NCBI GenBank assembly: GCA_965644315.1
Contig: CBFFRQ010000096.1
Span: forward strand, 186,001 to 250,000
DNA: 64,000 nucleotides
Direction of reading: 5' to 3'
Source of the DNA: Caecitellus pseudoparvulus
Lineage: Eukaryota; Protista; Bigyra: Bicosoecida
Both the position numbers and the translations under genes were made by a program. The stretch's first letter is position 1. Every line of letters begins with the position of its first letter. This document shows positions 34,870 through 46,370 of this stretch, in pieces. The notes under the pieces were generated by a model. It made no database searches. It was not told where the DNA came from and was given only the letters and a program-made list of their open reading frames with translations.

Positions 34870-36555
34870 ATGGCGAGTGCCACTAAGAAGCAAGCTCCTC
34901 CCATGTGCGTCCCTGCACGACCTGCCTCCTCGCCACACCAGCGTGCTGGGTGCCGTGAACGAGGCTGTGCGGAATTCTGGGCATCCACACACGCTCTGCC
35001 CATGCATTGCAGGGACGAGCAAGATGCAGAGCACCGGGCGTTGGTGTGCGACATCTGCGCCAAGTTCTACAACTTGGGCTGGTGCACTGGCACCGGTGGC
35101 AGCATCAGCATCAAGGACTTGAAGCGCGACGTCGTGTACATGGCGCCGTCAGGCGTGCAGAAGGAGCTGATGCAGCCCCAGGACATCTTCGTGCTGGACC
35201 CCGCCGACGGCAGCCCCCTGCACACGCCCCCTGCCAAGGACGGCGTGCCTGCCAAGCTGTCCGAGTGCGCGCCGCTGTTCCAGTCGGCGTACGACCTCAT
35301 GGGGGCTGGTGCCGTGCTGCACTCCCACGCGCTGGAGGCGGTCATGGTGACCCTCACGTGCGGGGACGAATTCCGCATCACGGGCCTGGAGATGATCAAA
35401 GGCATCAAGGGCCACGCGTACCACGACACACTGGTGGTGCCTGTCATCGAGAACACGCCTCGGGAGTGCCAGCTGACCGCCTCCCTGCAAGCCGCCATGA
35501 AGGCATACCCCAACACGTATGCAGTGCTGGTGCGCCGCCACGGCATCTACGTGTGGGGCGACGACTGGAAGGCCGCCAAGCGCCACGCCGAGTGCTACCA
35601 CTACCTCTTCAAGGCGTACCTGGACATGAAGGCGGCTGGGTTTGACCCCACCGCGCCCCTGGCTGGCGGCGCCGCAGCGGCTGTGGAGACGGCCCTGGGC
35701 GGCACCAAGCGCCCTCGTCAGGCAGACGCTGGGCCCACACATGGAGCAGAGCACGCAAAGCGGCCTGCCACCTCAGCCCCTGCACCCGGCTCACCCTCTG
35801 TCGTGCTGCTGGACATTGAGGGCACGCTTGCGCCCGTCACCTTCGTGACGAAGACGTTGTTCCCGTTCGTGACGGAACACGTCCAGGAACACCTGGAGGC
35901 CAAGTGGGGCAGCGAGGAGGTCGCGAGCGACGTGCGCGCCCTGGCGGCACTGGCTGCCGAGGACAGTGCCGCTGGTTTGCCGGGTGCCGTGGCCATTCCC
36001 GCTGACAAGGTGGAGGCGGCGCTGGCGGGGGACGCGGCGGCCAAGAGCGCCGTGCTGCCTGCCGTGGTGGCCAGCGTGAAGTGGCTGGTGTCCACAGACC
36101 GCAAGGTGGGCGCGCTGAAGACGCTGCAGGGGCACATCTGGCGTGGCGGGTACGAGGCCGGCACGCTGAAGGGGGAGGTGTACGAGGACACCAAGGCTGC
36201 CCTGGAGCGCTGGGTGGCGGCGGGGAAGAAGGTGTACATCTACTCCTCTGGCTCCCGCGAGGCGCAGCGCCTGCTGTTCAAGTACTCTTCCGCAGGCGAC
36301 CTGCGGCCCCTGCTCAGTGGGTACTTTGACACCACGTCTGGCGGCAAGAAGGAGGCTGCGTCATATCACAACATTGCCCTGTCCCTGGGTGTGGACAGCC
36401 CAGCTGACATCCTCTTCGCCACGGACATCCATGCCGAGGCTGTGGCTGCCGCAGAGGCAGGTGCCGTGCCAGTGCTGCTCAAACGCCCTGGCAACGCACC
36501 ATTGCCAGCTGACCACGGCTTCCGCACCGCCAACACCCTGCTGGAACTGGCATGA
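34870..36555 (+). CDS. Fused methylthioribulose-1-phosphate dehydratase / enolase-phosphatase E1 (MtnB-MtnC; methionine salvage)
   Basis: MtnB motifs GWCTGTGGSIS, APSGVQKE, SECAPLF, HSH, VRRHGIYVWG. HAD MtnC motifs LLDIEGT, LQGHIW, YIYSSGSREAQRLLF. Intron at 34905-35012. Confidence 0.93.
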   Translation: MASATKKQAPPMCVPARPASSPHQRAGCRERGCAEFWASTHALPMHCRDEQDAEHRALVCDICAKFYNLGWCTGTGGSISIKDLKRDVVYMAPSGVQKELMQPQDIFVLDPADGSPLHTPPAKDGVPAKLSECAPLFQSAYDLMGAGAVLHSHALEAVMVTLTCGDEFRITGLEMIKGIKGHAYHDTLVVPVIENTPRECQLTASLQAAMKAYPNTYAVLVRRHGIYVWGDDWKAAKRHAECYHYLFKAYLDMKAAGFDPTAPLAGGAAAAVETALGGTKRPRQADAGPTHGAEHAKRPATSAPAPGSPSVVLLDIEGTLAPVTFVTKTLFPFVTEHVQEHLEAKWGSEEVASDVRALAALAAEDSAAGLPGAVAIPADKVEAALAGDAAAKSAVLPAVVASVKWLVSTDRKVGALKTLQGHIWRGGYEAGTLKGEVYEDTKAALERWVAAGKKVYIYSSGSREAQRLLFKYSSAGDLRPLLSGYFDTTSGGKKEAASYHNIALSLGVDSPADILFATDIHAEAVAAAEAGAVPVLLKRPGNAPLPADHGFRTANTLLELA

Positions 36556-36591
36556 TGGCGGGGCACAGTGCAATGCATTGAGGGTGCAGGG

Positions 36592-39500
36592 TCACCCCAC
36601 GCGGCGCGTGAGGGCCGCGTCACCTGCGATGGTGATGAGGTGGTACACGTGGCCGGCGGCAGAGCCCTGTGACTCCCGCGGCACGATGCGAACGGACAGC
36701 AGTGCGTTGCCGCCCAGCGCCAGCACTTGCGCCCTGGCCAGGCTTTGCACCTCCTCAACAATGCTGCGCAAGAACTCCTGGGGCCGCGTGCTGACGTCGC
36801 GCGTTTCACGCACCAGCACGAATGAAACGCGGCCGACATACGCCTGCACTGCTGTGCCTGGCACGAAGGACATGGGCGTCACAACGACCGGCACGTGTGC
36901 AGCAGCAGCAGCAGCACTTGGGGACGGCACAACTGGGGATGCAGGTGCTCCAGGGGCTTCTGCTTCGCCGGCGCCCCCACCCTCTTCCGCGAGTTGCATG
37001 AGCCGCGTCAAGCTGCTCGCTGGCCCTGTCGTGGCTTGCTGCACAGTGGCCGCTGCGGCACGAGCCAATGCCGTGTCCTGGTCGGCCCCGGAGGCAGGCA
37101 GACCGGCTGGAAGGCCCGCCTGTGGCTGTGGCTGGGGCGTGGCGCTGGGCACCACCGCCGCTGTGAGGAGCAAGTCCACCACCCCTGGCGCAGGCAAGTC
37201 CACGTGCATGCGCGCACTGACCACCTGCACAGGCGGCGGCAGGGGCAGGCTGGCCATGAGCTCTGCGTAGGACGCCTCCCACATGGCAGACAAGATGTCT
37301 GTGGGAGTGATAATGACATCCCCGCCGCCCCCCTCGGATGCTGCGCACTGGTACTGCTGCAGCAGCTCACCCAGGACCGATGTGGCGCTGGTGCTGCCGT
37401 GGGGCGAGGCGGTGTCCCCTGACCCGCCTCGCCTGTGTGCGTTGGGCTGGTGGGAGTGCCCCATACCCGCCTCGCTGCCCCCCTCCCCGCCACTGCCGCA
37501 GCAGCCACACAGGCGCCGCCACAGGGATGGCTGGGGGGGCGGCGGGGGGGGCGTCAAGGTCAACACAGCCACCGGGCCGCCGCCGCCGCCGCCCCGAGCT
37601 GGAGCTGCCAGTCCTTCCAGCTTGGCGGCGATGGCAGCCGCGCGTTTCGCAACTTGTTGCCGCAGGGACGCCTCCACGTGCGCCGTGTCGTAGCGCCGGA
37701 ACAGCGACACGTACCGGACGGTGGGTGGGGGGTGCCCAATGCTGGTCCTCCCGTGGGCGGCCCGAGTGGTGGCCAGGCTGACGGGGGTCACCCGTGTCCG
37801 GTCCGGCGCCGTGGAGGACAGGGGCGGCGTGGCCTGACCACCTGCACTCCCCCCGCCTCCCAGCTGGGGCATGCGCAGTGCCTGTGACGCAACGTAGTTG
37901 GCGTAGGTGACGTCCAGCACCCGCCGACGCCGCTCTCGCTTGCGCAAGCGCTTGACTTCGCGCAGCAGGCGGTGACCGTACCAGTGGGGGGCCCAGGCCA
38001 GGGTGGAGGGGGGCGGGGGTGGAGCATGGCTGGGGCTGGTGTCCAGGGGAGGAGGGGGGGTGGCATGCCCCTCCTCGCCGCCCTCCAGCGGGCCGCGTTG
38101 CAGAAGGGACAGGATGGGTCCACCCTCTGGAGTGGGCGGGCCTGGCGCCGCCACTTGCGCCTCGCCGTCGGGCCGTGGCGTGGGGGCCTCCGTCACGGCA
38201 GGAGGGGGGGGCTCCGGGAAGGGTGTGGGGGCCTCCGCCGCGTCGGCAGGGGGGCTGACAGCGGGCAGGCGCACGGTGAGGCCGGTGGGCGGGGAGGTGG
38301 GCCCACTCTCCTCCACCCACTGCGCAGGCTGTGGCAAGTGGTCGGGGACGTGCCCCCCCACCAGGATGCTGGAAAGGGGGGCGCCATCCGTGCTGACCAG
38401 GGTGACGCCGGGGGGTGGCGGGCGGTCCCCCGCTGCCGCCACCCAGTCCTCCACCTGCTCGTCGTCCATCTCAATGACAAACGCCTTGGAGCGCGCGCCG
38501 CCCTCGCCCCCCTGCACGCGGAACTCCGGCACGACGGAGTCCAGCCCCTCCGAGTCCGTGGAGTGCCGTGAGTCCTCGCTGTCGGACGCCGTGAGGCTGG
38601 AGCTGTCCGAGCCAAACACGGGGTCCGACGCACCCAGGTCATCCGACTCTGAGGAGGACGACGACGACGACGACGACGACGACGACAGGCCCGAGGAGGA
38701 GGAGTCGGTGGAAGAGTCGTCGTCACTGCCATCAGCACTGCCGCCGCCGCTGGGCTCGGAGCCGGTGCCGGAGAAGATGCTGAGAGCTTGCTGCCGGGTG
38801 GTGCGGCGCCGGGACTGCTTCAGGGGGAAGTAGTGCGGGAACAGCCACGCCGCGTGCAGGCGTGGCAGCATCTCTGCGGCCAGGTGCACTTGGACAGCCC
38901 CCCACCAGGGCGCATCGCCCACCCCTCCCACGCCGTCGCCCCAGGCGAAGGCGCCTTGCAGGGCAGTCAGCGTGGAGGCTTGGCTGGGGGGGGAGGGCAG
39001 GGGTTGTGCCGGCTGCAGGGCGGGGGACGCCACCAGCTGGGAGCGAGAAGGGGTGGAGGGGGGGTGCGCGGCTGCCGCAGGTGCTGTCGCGAGGGGGGTG
39101 GCGGGGGAGGTGGACCCGGGCCCCCCCTCCAGCAGCCCCCCCGACGGCAGCACGGGCGCTGACATGGCCCGGGTGGGTGCTGCGCCCCGCAGCTGCGTGG
39201 GCACGATGCGCAACAAGTGCCCGGAAGCTGCACCCCCAGCCCAGGCGTCCACGTCACACAGCGCGTACATGTGCCGGGCAGTGGCGCCCTTAGCCCGGAA
39301 GGCTTCCCAGCGGCTGGTGAGGGCTTGCCGCATGCGGATCCACAGCCACTTGCCCAGCAATTGCTGGAGAGCGCCCTGCCCCGACTCCCAGCCATGGCGG
39401 TGTGTGGCCAGGGGCAGGGGAGGGGGGGGGGACCCTGCCACTACGCTAGGCGGGGCGAGGGGGGAGGCCGCCGCCGCCCCGCCGGTGGTGGGGGCAGGGG

Positions 39501-42469
39501 GGGGCGGCCTGCCCAGTGCCGCAGCGGCCACGGCCGCCCACGCCGCCTGGTCTGGGTGCTCCACGCGGGGGGGGGCTACGGCGTCGTGGGGGGGGCTCAC
39601 CGTGGCCAGCGCGCTTTCGAGGGCCCCCAGGAGACCCATGTGGGGCTGCGGCGGCCCCGCCCCCGCCAGGGACACCTTCACCTTGCGGGGCAGAGGCAGG
39701 GCGTCCACGCAGACACCCGTGGCGGACAGGGTGGCGATGATGACGTTGTTGCGGAAGAGCAGCTCGGAGCGCAGGGCGAAGCCGGCGTTGACGCCTGCCT
39801 GACGCAGCTTGGTGATGAGCTGCTGGTGCACGGCCTGCTCCACAAAGAGCAGCTCCCGGGACAGCACGGCGCAGAGGGCTTCCCCAGACGCCTTGTCCAC
39901 GCTGCGCATGACGCGTGCCTCCACCAGCACTGGCTGGCCAGACATGGGCAGCAGGTGCGGCACCTCCGTCGTGGACAGCAGCATTTCGTGCACGTAGCCA
40001 TTGCCACAGCAACGGCACTGCTGCAGGCTCATCTGGTTGAACACGGCGCTGCGGTGGTGGAACGGCACGTGCAGCACGGAGCAGGGGCGCTGCCAGCGCC
40101 ACTGCCACCCCCACTGCAGAGGCTCTGTGCTGGAGGTAGGCAGGCTGGGTGGCACGGCCCCCGTGCTGCCTGCCCGGTCAAGCGTGCACGCTGCTGAGAC
40201 GACGCCTGCTAGCGCGACGTCCACGCATTCGTTCTGCCAGGCCCGGCCTCGTCGGCCGTCCACGCGTTTTAAATTCCGAACGCGCGCCGCCGTGCCCGTC
40301 ACCGACAACACCGCCGCGTCCTCAAAGATGTGCACGTCCTCCTTGTACCCCAGGACGTGGGAGCAGCGCAGGTGGTATGCGTGAGCGCGCAGCTCTGCAC
40401 GCAACTCAGACCACCACCTGTCACGCGTTTCCCGGTCAGCGACTCCTGCCCGCATGCCGCCCAGGAACTTCACTGCCCGCACTGCCACCATGCCGCCCAG
40501 GGACACGCGCGCGTTGGGGGGCAGGTGTCGCAGCGTCAAGATCTGCACATCCCCTGCGTGCTGCACCTTGCGCCGCAGGCGGTGGCGGCTCCACAGCCCG
40601 CGGCGTTTTGGCGTGTCTAGCAGGGGAGGCACGCCTGTGCCAGCTTGGCCGCCGCCCGCCCCCGGCGCCACCGCTGAGGGCCGAAGTGTCGCTGCCCCTG
40701 TCCCTGCCAGGGTGGCCAGTTGCTGGCCTGCTGCCGATGCCGCCAGGGCTGCGTGCACATGGGCCCGCTGCAGGAGGGCAGGGGCGGAGGGGGCGGCATA
40801 GGCTGGAGCCTGGCCCAGCGCCACGCCGGACGCCGGCAGGGTGAGCAGGGGGGGGAAGGGAGGGGTGAACACCTGCAGTACCGGTAGGAGGGGCTGTGTC
40901 GTGGAGGAGGAGGAGGAGGTGGTGGTGGTGTCGGCCCACTGCATCGTGCTGGGGGGAGGGAGGGCCACCGCACCCCCCCCTGACGTTGCCATGAGGGGGG
41001 TGCCGGGCAGCGGCGGGGGGAGGGAGAAGGCATAAGGGGAGGGTGAGGCGGGGGGTGGCAGCGCCCCCGCGTCACCCGCCGACCCTTCAAGTTGCCCTTC
41101 CAGGGCCTCCCGTTGCCGCAAGTACTTGCGCCACTTTGACAGCAACTTGGGCCCGCTGCGCAGCGCCTCCTTGTGCAAGTGCCGCAGGAGGTACCAGAAG
41201 TACCGCCGGTGGCGATACTGCATGTGGGCGGGGGAGGTGGTGCCGACGAGGCCCCCCCCCAGCGGCTGCAGGGAGGGGGGGAACCGTACGGACACCACCG
41301 CATCCCGCATGCGCGCCACGCCGGACTGGAAGCCCGACTCGGGCAGGACAGAGGCCCAGTACACCCCCGCGGCACCCTCCCCCAGCGCGGTGCAGCACAC
41401 CTCCACCCCTGGCAGGGCGGGGTGCACTGCTCGCAGGAGGGGGGCGAGCCCCTGCCCAGCCGTGGCACTGGCGGGGAGCAGACCCCCCTGCCCCAGGGGT
41501 GGACTGCCCTGGGGCGTGGCGCCCCGTGCAGAAGCAGGCAGGGAGACGTCTGGCACCACTTGGCTGTGGCGCACCAGGCGTACGGCCGTGCCGTACCCCC
41601 GCACGACCACCCCCGAGTCCCCCTCCACATCCACGTCCTCTGTGAACCCCAGCACGGCGTTGGCGCCCACCTCCGCCGCCTTGTGCCGGATGCGCAGGCG
41701 CATGTCCTGCCCCATGCGCGTCAGCTGCAGCTGCCGGCGCTGGTTGCTGGCGCGGGAGGTGCGGAAGCTGTCGGCCAGACCATACTCGGGGTCGTGCCCC
41801 ACCACCAGCTCCTCCACGAAGCCGCGCACCCACACCTGGGGGAACACCGCCGGGTCCACGAAGGAGGACGTGAACAGGTCCACCTTGCCCCAGTCGGGCG
41901 ACGAGAAGGCGCGCAGCGTCACCTCCAACCACACCTCCCCCACCACACCGTCCAAGCTGTCCATGGCGGGGAACCACCCTGCCAAGTTGGCGCCGCCGAA
42001 GAGCGGCGCTGGCAGGCTCATGCTGTCGGGGGGCAGCGCGGGGGGTGAGGCAGCGCCCTCCAGGCGGGGCGCGATGTCCACCGTCGAGTCCGCCGGCGCA
42101 GCCAGCGCCCGCGTCACGAGGCTCTCTAGGGGCAGCACCACCGTCACTTCGCTGGCGCCGGAGCGCCGCCCGCCGTGCCCCAGCACGCGCACGCGCAGAG
42201 GGTCCTGCAGCAACGCCTCATCATCGTCGATCTCCAGACGGGACGTGAAGTCCCACCGGTGGTCTGTCGGCTGTGCCGCGGGAGGAGAGGGAGAGGGCGT
42301 GTGTTGCTTCGTGGGCGCCAGCCAAGCACCGCGCTCCACACACCTGCCGCAAGACCTCCGACTTCAAGCAGTTGTCTGCCAGGTCAAGCACGACTTGGCT
42401 GGACTTTCCGAACTCGGAAGCGGGCAGGCCTCTCGCCTGCACCACGCTGACCTTCACCAGGTACGGCAT
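36592..42469 (-). CDS. C2CD5: C2 domain-containing protein 5 (CDP138) homologue with YbjQ-like domains
   Basis: N-terminal C2 domain MPYLVKVSVVQARGLP, plus GFVEELVV..DPEY...FRTSRASNQRRQ, GANAVLGF…EGDSGVVVRGYGTA, ETRDRWWSELRAELRAHA and GGNALLS. Intron at 42343-42271. Confidence 0.85.
38657..38686. repeat. (GAC)10 microsatellite encoding poly-Ser in C2CD5
   Basis: Ten perfect GAC units, read directly from the sequence. Confidence 0.9.
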
Positions 42470-42775
42470 TCTGCCTGCGGAATTCGAACTGCACCCACAA
42501 CACCAAGCAGCGCAGGCACTGCGAGACACTTGCCCAAACGTACTGCCGCGCCGCCCAGTTGAGTTGCAGGTGCGCGCGTCGGCATGACACCCTTTTGAGT
42601 GGGTTCTTGTCAAGTGTTTTGCTTCTTCGTGCTCCTTGGGCGTGAACAACTCGCGGAGGGCATCAAGCTCAATCGAGATCTACTTAAAGGCTTTCCTCGC
42701 CTCCAGTCATTTTTCTCAAGGGGAATAGCCTCTCATAGCGTGCCTTCGCGAAGCCCCGTTCAAACCCGGTGCAGC

Positions 42776-44071
42776 ATGGCAGCAGATGACGACGGGGATG
42801 AGCTGACCCTGTTTGTCGGCAGCGTACACAGGTGAGCCAGGCGACTTGCGGTATTTGGTTGCCGCGGCTCACACACAGCACCCTCCTGCGCCTTGCTCTC
42901 ACTCCCGCGCTGCAGCCGTGTGACTACTGAGCTGCTGGCCGAGCTCTTCTCCTTGGCTGGGCCTGTGCACAGCGTGACGCTGCCGCCTCGCGAGGGCGCC
43001 GCAGATGGCTCCCACCGCGGCTTTGGCTTCCTGCGCTTCTGGCCCAGCCCGCCGGGCTGCGCCTCCCCCCTGCCCTATGCCGAGGCCCTCTTCAACCGCC
43101 TGCACCTGTATGGGAAAGCCCTGGCCGTGCGGCCACTTCTGGCCGGCAGCCCAGACACGTGGCAGGGCGAAGTGCACGTGAGTGGCCTGCACCCGACAGT
43201 GGACGCTCAGCTGCTGCGGGAGCTGTTCACAGCAGCGGGGCCCGTCACTGATGTGCGCATGATGGCCAAGGGGCCAGGGCCTCCCTTCGCCTTCGTCAGC
43301 TTCCCGGCCCTGCGCCACGCCGCCCGGGCCAGCCGGGTCCTGGACGCACTGCCTGTCTTCGGCTCCACGCTGCATGTGGTGGTCAGCCGCCACGCGCGAT
43401 CTCGGGTCGCTGCGCGCGCCGCCATCCGCACCCACATGCTGGGCAGTCCCCCCGCGCCAGGCGCTGGAGAGCAGCTGGACAGCACGGATGACGAGGGGGG
43501 CAGTGACGCGGATGAGGGGGGCGGGGACACGGCCGCTCCCCCGGCCCTGTCCATGGTGGGCCCACCCTCACCGCCCCCCTCAGAGGACGACATGGAGCTG
43601 GACATGCCCCCTATGCCCGCTCCGGTCCCGGCCCTGGCAGCGCCTCTCACCCCTCCCAGGCTGCTGGGGCTAGCGCGGGCGATGAAGCGTGCGATGCGCG
43701 ATCGCGTGCGCTTGGAAGCCGCTTGGGGGGCGGTGGCCCAGAACAGCGCACGGTGCCAGGCAGAGCACCCGTCCCTCCCACCGGCACGTCTGCGCATCGC
43801 GGGCGCGCCGCACGGCCCCCTTCCTGCCGATGTGCACTATGCATTCGAGCAGGCAGCCCCGGGCGGAGGCCCAGAGCGATCTGGGGTGGTGCTTGGCTGT
43901 GTCAACGCACGAAGGGCCGTGCAGTGCCTCTTGGCCGGGCCACCCCCGCCGCCGCCAGGCGAACGCGGCAGTGGCAGGGTGGGTGGCGCCAAGCGAGGCA
44001 GAGAGGCGGCGCCGTCCCCCCCACCTCCCCGAGATCCCCGCCTGGCCCGGGCTCGGGGCGGGTACGACTGA
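42776..44071 (+). CDS. Two-RRM RNA-binding protein (divergent SF3B4/RBM7-like)
   Basis: RNP2 LFVGSV and RNP1 RGFGFLRF, ELFSLAGPV, LYGKAL, a second RRM (VHVSGL…FAFVSF) and a Pro-rich tail. Intron at 42832-42915. Confidence 0.75.
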
Positions 44072-44072
44072 C

Positions 44073-45828
44073 TCAGCTGCCTGGCTCTGTGGCCGGGGCG
44101 GGCGTAGGGGCGCCGCCCTCCTCACCGGCTCCCTCAGCGGGAGGGGACAGCCCCGCCTTCTTGCGGAAGGACAGGGATGACCTGCGCAGGAGGTCTGCGC
44201 TCTTGGCCAGGATGTCCCCCCCACCGCCCTCCTCCTGCTCAGGCAGCTTCAGGCTCTCCCGGCGCGTGCGCTGGGACATGGAGGCGGCGCGGCGTATGAC
44301 GGCGTCCTCCACCTCCTCGTCGTCGCCCCCCTCCATCGTGGCGGTGGAGGCGGTGGAGGCGGAGGAGGCCGCACGGGAGGTGGGCTGGGCAGAGCCTGAG
44401 GCGCCGTCGTCTTCGTCCTCCACCTGGACATCCACCAGCCCCCCCCCCTCGGGGCCCGGAGACAGGTCCAAGTAGTCCTCGTCATGCTGCAGGGCCCTGC
44501 CTGCTCCCCGGGCGGAGGCCAGCGCTCCACCACGCTTCCCACTGCCGCTCCGGCTCGCTGTGCGCTGCAGGGTGCCGCGGGCTTTGGCCAAGACATCCAT
44601 GTGCTTGGCTGAGGCGGGGCTGGCGAGGGGTGTCGCGCCACCGCCCTCCGCTCCCGAAGCAGGGGAGGGCGGGGGCGCCTGGATGCCAGGCGGCGCCTGC
44701 CCCGCCTTGGCTGCCTCCACAGCTGCCTTGGCAACCTGCGCAAACTCGGAGGTGGTGACCCCCCCCGCACCCCCCCGCATCTCCGGCAGCGTGGTGGACA
44801 TGGGCCCGCTCTCCGACAGGCTGAAGCTGCCTGACGCAAAGCCCTCAGTGGAAAAGCCAGAGCCCCCCAGCGGCCCATCCCCACCCCCAGCAGCAGTGCC
44901 GGCGCCGGGTCCACCCCCCCTCGCCCCGGCACTGCTGCGCGTGCGCCTGTGCCGGGAGCTGAGGGAGCGGCTGCGGTACTTGTCCAGGTACTTGTCCTTG
45001 ATGGCCTCGATGGCCATGCGCGAGGAGGAGCGGGAGATGGCCCGGAAGGACTCCTTGCGTGTGATGCCGCCGCTGTCCCCGCCCGCTGCCGCGTCAGAGG
45101 ACAGGCCGCTGTCCCCTGTGGCGACACCGAAGCTACCAGCCGATCCGGGCCGCCCGGGGGTGCTGGCGGCAGTCAGGCGGCGGCCTCCACCGCCCAGGGC
45201 TGGGGAGCGCCCTGCAGCCGCTGGGGAGGGCGTGTCCCGGGGCGGTGCGGGTGACGTCAGCGGACTGCTGCCCACAGGCCCATCTGGGGTGCCTGCTGAG
45301 AACGAAACCTTGGACCGCATGCTGCGGTGGCCGACGCCGACGCCAGGGGGCAGAGCAGCACCCCCTTTCCCCACCGGGCTCCCAGTCTTTAGCTGGGGCA
45401 CAGGCAGCAGAGCGGTGTATGCGGCCGCCACATGCTGCTGCAAGGACGCTAACACAGCCTGGCTCTGCACAAGGAATGCAAGCAAGATGTGAGGTGCAGG
45501 CCACATGGTGCAACGCCTGCCCAATGCAAAGGCACTGGCAGCAGGCTGCCAGTTGCTCGCGTGCGATGCTGTCGCAGCGACGGGCAGAAACGCGTACCTT
45601 GGCATCCTGCACCAGCTGCAGGGCTGCAGTGAATAGGCCATCTCGAACGGCATGCACCTGATTTCTGGAGTACTGCTTGCCTAGAAGAGTCTTGGCAGCC
45701 GTCACAAACGCTGCGCTGCCCTCTACGTCTTCGTGAAAGGCTGCTCCCGCAGCAGCTGCCAGCGCTTCACTTTGAGTGTCGCTGAGCACCTCCCCGGTGG
45801 CGCCGGGGCTGCCTTCAGGGCTGGCCAT
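44073..45828 (-). CDS. Hypothetical, largely low-complexity S/G/A-rich protein (2 exons)
   Basis: Helical N-terminal exon from ATG 45828 joined in frame via intron 45597-45465 to a long S/R/G-rich ORF. Confidence 0.6.
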
Positions 45829-46370
45829 GGCGCGATGGGGCAGCAGAAGTCACGGTTGGTGCGACGGGCACCCTCTGTCCTCGGGTAGTTGAGGCAGAGC
45901 CTGCCTGGCCCTGTCACAACACCTCTGCGGACCAGTCGGCTTGGCAGGCCGGAAGCCAGTGCAAGCTCGCCGCCGCAGACCTCCACAGCAGGGAAGAACC
46001 TGCACAGGGCGGACGCCTCTCACCTGCAGCTACACCTTGGTGTCTTGTCTGCTTGTTAATTTGACTCCCCACTCTCTGTGTCAGCATCCCTGCGCCTCCA
46101 CATGTGTCTCGAGCGTGCTCAGTTTGAGGCTCTCCCGGCACCCCCCCCTCCACCCCCCTGCAGTGGACCAGAGGGTGTTCTAAGCATTCAGCCATCCTGG
46201 CACAAACCTCACCGAGACCCAATCCCTTCTCCATTCCGCGCAGGCAGCAGCAGTGCTCCCTGCATACGCTGGCCTTGCTGGTCAGCTTCCCCTTGCACTG
46301 CACAGAGCACCTGTGCACCGCGCAGCTGAGAGCTTCCCCGCACCGAAGTTCCCTTCCAACTCAAGGCAAC

